The notes below the pieces were generated by a model. That model ran no database searches. It saw only the letters and a program-made list of their open reading frames with translations, and was not told the DNA's origin. 64,000 nucleotides of DNA from Tubiluchus corallicola (taxonomy: Eukaryota; Animalia; Priapulida): positions 124,001 to 188,000 of the forward strand of contig JAQGDQ010000101.1 in the NCBI GenBank assembly GCA_030141605.1, read 5' to 3'. Position 1 is the stretch's first letter. The number at the start of each line of letters is the position of its first letter. Positions 58,901-64,000 of this stretch are shown here, piece after piece. The position numbers and the translations under genes are program-made.

Positions 58901-61900
58901 TTGGTGAGAGCCTGCGGTTTCTGTATCTTGGTAATACTTTCTTGTCTTTTTTTCTGGGGGAGTGTCGTGAAGTTTGGGCTTCACGATTCGCCCCCCATAG
59001 AGAAGCCATTGAATTGAATTGATTTCACGTGTAACTGTAGAAAAGAAGTGAGGCAGTTGTTGAGTTGGTATGAAAGGGCAAACTAGCATATTGCGTTCGA
59101 AAAAAAAGAATAAAGTTTAGCGTTACGACGGTGGTAAAAATTCTCGTCTTTTCGTTTTATTTGTCACAAAAGTCACCACGACAAATGTATCAGATTAAAT
59201 GATCCCCTGTAAGTTTATGGAGCTTCTACAAATTTAAAAAGCATTATATTTTCCATTAGAAATATCAAAAATCAAGTTTAATTGCAGAGAAACATGGCTG
59301 TTTTAAACTACATGCACAATCCATCATTGTATCAAATATTCAACAAACTGCTACATTTTAAGCTGAGATTAAAAAAGAGCAAAGGCTAATAAACTATAGC
59401 TTACCTTATCTCTAGCTGTAAGAAACCTATGGTCATCTAAGAATGCATCTTTTGCCAATTGACTGAACCTACTGAACAGGTCTAACAACTGCTCAACATA
59501 TTTCTCGGAGTCCTAAAACGACACGACAAACTGAACTATGAACTATGAATTTTTTTATTTCACACATCAAAAAATACAATATCAAGCACATCAATAAATG
59601 TAAAATAAAATAATTTGAATAGTGCAAGGTGAATGTATGACCAAACGGTCATTAACACACTCACCTTACTTAAATGAAAAAATGATTATAATTATGCACG
59701 CTTTTGTAGATAACTTAATAAGGATCAAGTAAATAACGTAATAATAGCAATGGTATAAGAGCAATAAAACTGAAAGTTCAGAAAGGAAAACATGTAATAT
59801 GTAATAATGCTTTTGAGTGAGCCTTAAAGAGTGAAGTTTCAAAGCACAAAAAATGTCAACAGACGTTTACAAGATTTACGCAGGTTTATCTAATTAAATG
59901 TAAAAAGTGACTGAATTTTCTATTTAAGCTGAAAAATGACTACTCTGTTTTCTTCGTGGTATAGAAACTTTTATTCCACTTGCTACGCAAAAAGTAACAA
60001 ACTCACATTCTACATTTTCCAATATTTTCAATTGTTTTTGAGTCACACTTTGTTTCATACTAGGGCAAGGTTTAAGAAAACTGAAAAATCTTCTCTCTAT
60101 CTACCAGACAGAATACACACCCAATGCTAACAGAGAAGCAGAAAAAGGTCAATCTCATCATATCAAAAAAAGTTTTAGCATATACACTGCTTTAAAACAT
60201 TAATGCTAGCTTTACAGAAACTATCAAGTTGTAGATAAAAAATTATTGTTAAACAACAATACTCACAGTACTGCTTTTGTAATTTTCTATTTTTCTTGTC
60301 AAGATGCAATGATTTGATGAGTCATTGGTCGGTAGTCTACTTTTACGAGTAGTTATTTGTAGTCTATTACTTTTCTAATTTTAGTTTATAATGTTTCTGT
60401 TTTTCCTGGGTTTTCAAGTAATTTAAAAATGTATAAAGACCGTAATGAACATAAGGGAATATTCCCTTTTTACGATATGCTTAGCATATTATTTGAATTA
60501 TTTTTATACTCAAACAAAATCTATGTATCTATCTAATAACAAACGAAAATATAACATGCAGAAGTAATGTACTCCTCATTTTGAGTTATTTTTATACTCA
60601 AATAAAATCCATGTATCTATTTAGTAACAAATAAAAGTTTAACATACAGAAGTAATGTACTCTGCAGCTGCCTTCATATCTGCCAGTCCTTGGCTAACAA
60701 TATGATCTTCCAGGTCCTTCAGCATTGGAGCGATGCCATCTGGAACCCGATCCATTAAACGAAACATCAACTGCAATCCTGTTAACAAACCCATCAATCA
60801 GTAGATGAAATACAATATTTTTTAATACACGAAAGAACAAGCCTCTAGCTATAGACACGTTTATTGTTTATTGAGCCTAGACGATTGTTTTGGTTATTAT
60901 AGCCATTTTCAATACAATAAATCAAGCCAAAAAATTATCTTTTTTGAATTTCATATATAAGGTAAAATTTTTTTACATTTCTCTGCAATTTCTTCGAATT
61001 GCCTCCACGTTTGTTTTGACAATTTAAATTCTAGTCAGTTGATTTGTAATGACATTTTGTGCCTAGGTATTTTAGTATCATCAATGTACTAATTATTGAT
61101 TTTTTGGCTTGATTTATAGTGTTGAAAATGGCTATAATAGTCAAAATGATTGTCTACGCTCACAAACATGTTAATGACGAAATGATCAGAAAGCCACTTG
61201 ATCACTTCAACACAATAATAATACACAACGCAATAATGAGAGAAACACAAAAATATATCTAAACCTTGTGCACGTAACTATATGTAGGTGAAACGGGTTA
61301 AACAGGTGGTCATTTTTATTACAATACTATACATGTATAGTAATAAATTAACAAGTTCTGATAAAACAGTTAGGGAGATGGTAGCAGCAATCCACGTAAA
61401 ATGAGATAAATGAAGCAAAATTTAACCCCAAGAACTGTTACTAATACAACAGCATATGCCTCGAGGAGTTGTCAAGTGTAAATAATGGTGTTTAGTACAG
61501 ATAACATTGTTAGGCTCACTTAACCTTTGACTTTTTACAATTATCATTAATCACTGGAACTGTAAAAAGGTTTATTAAAGTGAGTAAATTAACTGCCAAA
61601 CAGTTAGCAATAATAAAATAAAGGACAACCCATTATAAACTAAATCACATTTTCAGGCTGCAATACCTTTGATACCTTTCAGCTACCCTCTTCTTAAGTA
61701 GTTTGACCCAGTTATTATACACACTTCTATTCAGCAATTTTATTTGTGGCGCTAGCACAACACAAAAAAACATAAATATATGCACACACATATATATATA
61801 TATATAGGAGCTGATAGTTGGTTTATGGACAGAGTTATTAGAACAAAATGGTGACTTTCAGCAAGCAACAGTGTTTGTCGTGTTTACAAAAAGCTTTCTC

Positions 61901-63115
61901 GTGTAGTCATTCAATGTTCTGCTGTTCTAACCTATTTATATAACCTCGAATAGCACCTTTAAATTGGTTCGCTTGCATCATGAATCATGCATCACAGCTG
62001 CTTGTGAAAGCTCATTCCAGGCATTTACGAGTCTCTAACTAAAAAAGAATGTTCCTAGATCCAGATTAGCCTGTTTCTTACATATCTGCATACTGTGACG
62101 CCTTGATTACCTACCTTAATTATGGAACTCGAAGAAGTTTCAGTAGTCATCTTTGTCAATGCCCTTTACCACCTTGAAGATTTGAATTAGATTAGCACGA
62201 GTTCTTCTAGTGGTGAGTGTTTGTAATACTAGTTAATAAACTACCTATGCTATAAACTGCAGGCACAAAAGAGCGTTTCACTGCTACCAAACTAGATTTT
62301 TAAAACTCTGTACGAATCCCCGCTTCCAAGACATGGCAATTACCATAACATGTTTACAAATAAAGACTTACGTTCCGTCTCATTGGCTTTTATCATAGCT
62401 GGACATTCGGCAAGAATCTGTTCCTTAAATTCCGTCACAAGAACATTGACACAGCACTCTGTTAACTGCAAGCAGAAAACATTCTCAGTTAATTCTTCAA
62501 AGCACGGACTACATAAGAAGACTCGTTTGTGGCGCATCATTTCTAGATGGCCACTGCACACCTTTAATACTAATACAGTATGTTTTCCAAATGTCAAAAT
62601 GATTACATTCGTTTTGTTTTGGACACTGAGGTCAATATTGCTTCAAACTAGTATCTATACTTTACAGTTCAAACTTGTACATGCATCTTCAGTTACCCCT
62701 CCAAATCCTCCTTCGGGGAAATAGAAATTACACCCTTGATATGCAAACACTGGTGAGTTGGTGACAGCTGCACTCAATAAGACAAAGAAATTGTGGAGAA
62801 GCAGCACTTTAAATTTTCGCGGGATATCCCCAAGAAATATACCTTGAAAGGAAAAGCCAATAAACAGTCCCCGTTACTGTTTCGCTAGTTATTTACCGTA
62901 ACATCAAACCAAATACGAATATAATCTGATCACTCATTATGAAGCCTTAGCACATTTTGGTGTGTATAACAGCAACATGTGTAAGTGTTGGCACCATACC
63001 TAAAATGGTGCCAAAATTACAATTCTGCGGTTACTTACGGCAGCTACAGAATTACATCCGGGTCGAGTCTCTAGGTACTTTAACGCTCGTTGTTCCTCTT
63101 CTTTCAAAGCTTGAT
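40415..63115 (-). CDS. CUL5: Cullin-5, 5'-partial (13 exons in window)
   Basis: Minus-strand exons 63039-63115, 62372-62465, 60648-60778, 59405-59512, 52286-52350, 51683-51815, 49764-49895, 48434-48557, 47478-47650, 46783-46944, 46178-46296, 45401-45524, 40415-40609; GT-AG and phase compatible. Peptides TQPESKCPELLANYCDMLLRKTPLSKKL, EVGMPADYVNKLARMFQDIKVS and the neddylation region IMKMRKK...IEWLIEHKYMRRDEDNINMFIYMA are diagnostic of CUL5. Confidence 0.97.
42430..43336. mobile_element. hAT-type MITE / non-autonomous DNA transposon
   Basis: 12-bp perfect TIR CAGTGGCGGCTC / GAGCCGCCACTG and 8-bp TSD ATTATGAA (42422-42429 and 43337-43344); no coding capacity seen. Confidence 0.92.
43613..44599 (+). 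CDS. Class A (rhodopsin-like) GPCR, histamine H3/H4- or muscarinic-like orphan, nested antisense in the last CUL5 intron
   Basis: Seven hydrophobic segments; GN in TM1, DKKLRTTHNVYIVHLAAND, ISWDTY, TM4 Trp, CFVITWAPF, NSLVNPFLYA..FR. First ATG at 43613; an acceptor-like ttcttacag ends at 43575, so an upstream exon is possible. Confidence 0.92.
   Translation: MANILDNPLPPWPLYFGTWVKKVISIVIAIQCAVTFSGNILAIGSFIRDKKLRTTHNVYIVHLAANDAMVGIFHIPLMWWDLYYSSWHTFSLYNKVFCDTVVLVEVATGFVATGNVILISWDTYKLIIDGALYSLKNTIKKAVMYLVTLWCFTIVFYGIAVYAWVDIVGYTIHDSLLYCDVEFNHHREFTIFRNILTIFTPMVLLASLNIVIYRNIRRRSVKAIQPNNADVTLQKHKKAAHAMFLIVSCFVITWAPFALYTIIRQFCESCSHPHIYFLTNWFIYLNSLVNPFLYAASSPRFRMNYKNFARYAYMKMRALRTNTTTQQS
46960..47290 (-). 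mobile_element. LINE (L2/CR1-like) 3' end fragment
   Basis: Minus strand reads NSLP*NLRTVSTLQLFKKHLKTHLF, the conserved ORF2 C-terminus of L2/CR1 elements, followed by an AT-rich 3' region. Boundaries approximate. Confidence 0.6.
49993..50192 (-). repeat. tRNA-like core flanked by about 45-bp inverted repeats
   Basis: Minus-strand A box TGGCCTAGTGG inside arms AATTAAATTTTG...TTGAAAGACAAGAAATGTAAAAAA / TTTTTTACATTTCCTGTCTTTCAA...CAAAATTTAATT. Confidence 0.6.
50365..51602 (+). mobile_element. pogo/Tigger-like (Tc1/mariner superfamily) internally deleted DNA transposon
   Basis: TA on both flanks; 26-bp imperfect TIRs CAGTAGTCGCCTTTTAATAGATTCAC vs CAGTAGTCACCGCTTAATAGACTCAC; CENP-B-type N-terminal HTH remnant at 50911 (MEHKRKDLTVKEKLKI...QSTLTRILK) and ALKVWF / DARVNAPLMRQKA fragments; no DDE domain. 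Confidence 0.9.
52875..52999 (+). repeat. (ATT)n microsatellite, probably the tail of an L2-like LINE/SINE 3' end
   Basis: About 20 ATT units from 52924, preceded by TTGTAAAAAGCACTGAG...GTGTG, resembling L2 3' stem-loop ends. Confidence 0.65.
53281..53300 (+). promoter_or_regulatory. Primer binding site resembling the complement of the tRNA-Phe 3' end
   Basis: TGGTGCAAGGAAACCCGGGA two nt after the 5' LTR, compared with the tRNA-Phe complement TGGTGCCGAAACCCGGGA (C replaced by AAG). Confidence 0.75.
53614..55059 (+). CDS. gag: BEL/Pao gag (DUF1759-type), truncated by a frameshift in the zinc-knuckle region
   Basis: ATG at 53614; KLPKFELKSFSGQILEWREFWDAF...KFQYLKSKLTG; first knuckle CIFCKGPHWADQC; the next two knuckles (CFICLRENHQAHQC, CYFCHKNTHHRSLC) continue in the pol frame after the A6 run at 55006-55011. 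Confidence 0.9.
   Translation: MPNKDQKPDGSIPASARDLGYIKQARTKARKSLQEEIELANELVSRDESTIGDISNYLQRVKMCKHTLQNRLAKLEDLTLKFSERGMTAEADEATIKAADQYLEEDNEFLGTVSQVTFLLDECITKFSVKNVKRDLTDEFHTVSEIPHSRAVDKKPTVVHAAASASQFTDNDSPVAPPRRKRNISLAPITPTSGNLVQSHSYVKLPKFELKSFSGQILEWREFWDAFKTMVHDHPDLENIQKFQYLKSKLTGPALSAVEGFSLSNENYLQALDVLRSRFGKEQSIINVHYKALAHLENSGENAKSLRKFQDSLELHLRCLEAVGECVDSRVIIPLVLEKLPHSVVQQMRITMDPDSAWSVSDIRQRLNRHILTLEAVENETAASSFQQPFSKANERFPKKFVSASRHETVLGASDKQSSAHTPQRKNVSAHSDYPARNCIFCKGPHWADQCGNFATARERKRLLKKSLFYLSKRKSSSSPM
55010..58390 (+). CDS. pol: BEL/Pao pol (partial protease, partial RT, RNase H, integrase)
   Basis: AYLDCGSQSSYI protease motif; DRDVTRFLW, FGAISSPFLL, IYVDN RT motifs; FTDASE and IPRLEL RNase H; H..H/C..C zinc finger; LDYMGP, SDNAPQF, YERL integrase DDE. 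Confidence 0.93.
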   Translation, partial: NRCFICLRENHQAHQCRSGRSCYFCHKNTHHRSLCTEQFPDKNRETNLACSPSLSLYSSNEQVVMQTALVRVSHPVSHKTITIRAYLDCGSQSSYISARLANLLNVPKGTSEVLQVATFASKNVRQISCYAANIGLHGLNYEDRDVTRFLWVKNVNKPPSDPGNLQIFRFCRVIFGAISSPFLLSGTVSHHLKQKEADFPVAKQILRDIYVDNFISGTSTLDEAKVLYSQSKLLFSSAGFNLREWGSNDTDFLRSIPVEDCIKSSVVKVLGITWDLKNDTLSIAKVDPDRLLQANTKRQVLKALASLFDPLGVASIITVNAKLFLASLWKEKLDWDEPLSESHSKRWCEIALTLLSIFDLHLPRCISACESNAVFQLVCFTDASESAYCAVVYLRETNIESDFCAVNLIFAKTRLAGKNISIPRLELLAVLIGVRALNFVETQLHVNITRRIIFTDSLCVLYWLQTPKQLSVFVENRICEIRKQVHTQFRYVPSQSNPADGATRSGVSKIDSFWLHGPHFLKENESNWPESQLPPLEAERLTDVNSELRKGSSILYETQFLTLDQSSRIHDLSMFDMNRFSSLNRLLNTTSWVYRAVKRFKGERCAMGPITANERSYAKLNWIKHVQRQTYVDNEGRAVVVNPALQQLNLALDEQGIIRCLGRLQNANLTQGMSRPILLPKNNQFTVLLVEHVHKLNLHVGVSQTLALLRKEFWVPSGRELVKKTLNKCRTCRKMEGGAYKLPPMPELPPERVQESNPFTHVGLDYMGPLTVKYCIPGSCEPFYKKAYVCLFTCLAVRAVHLELVTDLSTETFIMCLRRFIGRRGVPETIISDNAPQFHLAKQTLDLIFQRVFNSCSVQQYIAQTGINWHFIIQLSPWMGAVYERLMSLIKRSLRKTIGSRALYQCQLSTLLIEIESLINNRPITYIESDIDSSLVLTPSHFLSMRTLNYVPVYSESESDPDYTPNRYNLSGERLFEMWKKGVGYLDSFWKIWRNEYLLSLQERMERQVRQKRVKSKFEPHVGDVVLIEDSLPRGQWKVGKVVNLIISKDSKIRAAKVRASNGNILTRSLSQLFPVECPRSVDASAGEKGTCPAQHQHIETSHKILPKRAAPLDACAKIKQQATRL
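60492..60662. repeat. Imperfect tandem duplication, period about 88 bp, spanning a CUL5 exon/intron junction
   Basis: Copies 60492-60574 and 60580-60662 share TTTGARTTATTTTTATACTCAAA...AACATRCAGAAGTAATGTACTC. Confidence 0.9.
60864..61170. repeat. Foldback element with about 70-bp inverted arms; related single arm at about 10137-10190
   Basis: Left arm TGTTTATTGAGCCTAGACGATTGTTTTGGTTATTATAGCCATTTTCAATACAATAAATCAAGCCAAAAA matches the reverse complement of 61101-61168. Confidence 0.8.
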
Positions 63116-63213
63116 CTACAAAGTAAGCCAAAGAAAGATAACGTGGCCAAATCACAGCCCATGGCAGGTAAATATAAATATACACAATGATAACTCACAA
63201 ATAGATTACCAAG

Positions 63214-63787
63214 ACTAGAAGGGCACTCAGTAGAATTAACACATTGTCACCTGAGCTGAGCATACATTACTAAACTACACGGTCACGATCAGCAGATGTC
63301 TTAACATTAAATATACCACATTTACATACATCCTGAGGAAAGGTTACAGACAGAATGTCACTCAAGCGCTGCATTCAAGCAAAAATTCCCTGAACTATAA
63401 CTTGGTAATAACTCGTGCTCCTTCATCATGGAGGTGTTTAAAGAAAGTGCTACCCTATTTTGCAGCCAAGTTCTTCTAAATAGCTATAAAACTCCCTACA
63501 AGTCTCCCATTAAAAGCTACACAAACTCTACATGGTGTTCAGCTAAGTTTTGTGAAAAAAAACAAAAGTGTTAAATTTGGGGGTTTTGACCCCCGGATTC
63601 TCAGTCATAACAAGTTTGCACTAAAATGAAGTGTTCTTCCTTATCCCTCTCCCATGCCCCATCCTTCCAAAATTTTCGAGGAAAGCGTTCACATAATCTT
63701 ATTAACTAATAAACTAATTGCGAAACAAAGCAGTGGTAAAGAAGAAGAAAAAAGAGAAGACATAACCTCACTATGGCAAAGGCAACA
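63214..63787 (+). mobile_element. Possible Helentron-associated non-autonomous element (HINE/DINE-like)
   Basis: Starts ACTAGAAGGGCACTCAGTAG and ends with a low-complexity stretch then ACATAACCTC...TGGCAAAGG, resembling the terminal hairpin of such elements; assignment from pattern recall only. Confidence 0.35.
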
Positions 63788-64000
63788 AGCAAAAGCAGCA
63801 TGTGAACATAGCAATCTACATACCTGCCCATCTCATGTAATTCTGAACTCCATTTGCCTGAAGATACTGTGGTGCTTTAGTTTTGTAAAATGCTTCAGTT
63901 GCATCTACGTATGCCTTTTCAAAATTTTCTCTGTATATCTTTAGTTTGTCTTCAGGTTCTGAACTAAGATTAACTATAAAAAACAATGACGTTTATTTCA

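Larger units (their letters stand above)
53058..59183 (+). mobile_element. BEL/Pao LTR retrotransposon with identical LTRs and internal deletion, antisense in a CUL5 intron
   Basis: 221-bp LTRs 53058-53278 and 58963-59183 (TGTCGTG...CACGACA), identical by eye; 5-bp TSD AATGT; PBS at 53281; short purine tract GGGGGAG before the 3' LTR; gag-PR-RT-RH-IN order. Confidence 0.98.

Overview
AT-rich, intron-containing animal DNA from an invertebrate (species not identifiable from the sequence). By reading splice junctions by hand I reconstructed six host genes: (1) a secreted chitin deacetylase-like gene (CBM14 + LDLa + CE4 domains, + strand, about 4.2-11.4 kb) whose catalytic motifs are degenerate; (2) a trunk/PTTH-family cystine-knot ligand with a single coding exon (- strand), head-to-head with (3) an 11-exon hexokinase (+ strand, 15597-29713); (4) a Golgi alpha-mannosidase II-like GH38 gene whose catalytic region is one 2.9 kb exon; (5) the last 13 exons of cullin-5 (- strand, 5' end beyond the window); and (6) an aminergic-like GPCR with DTY instead of DRY, nested antisense in the last cullin-5 intron. 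Mobile DNA includes a BEL/Pao LTR retrotransposon with identical LTRs but an internal protease/RT deletion, two hAT elements with 8-bp TSDs, a pogo/Tigger remnant, LINE fragments and tRNA-derived repeats. The most unusual structure is a 45-bp minisatellite made of tandem copies of a coding exon end plus its 5' splice site. I found no evidence of a wholly new multi-gene system; the findings are candidates that need testing.
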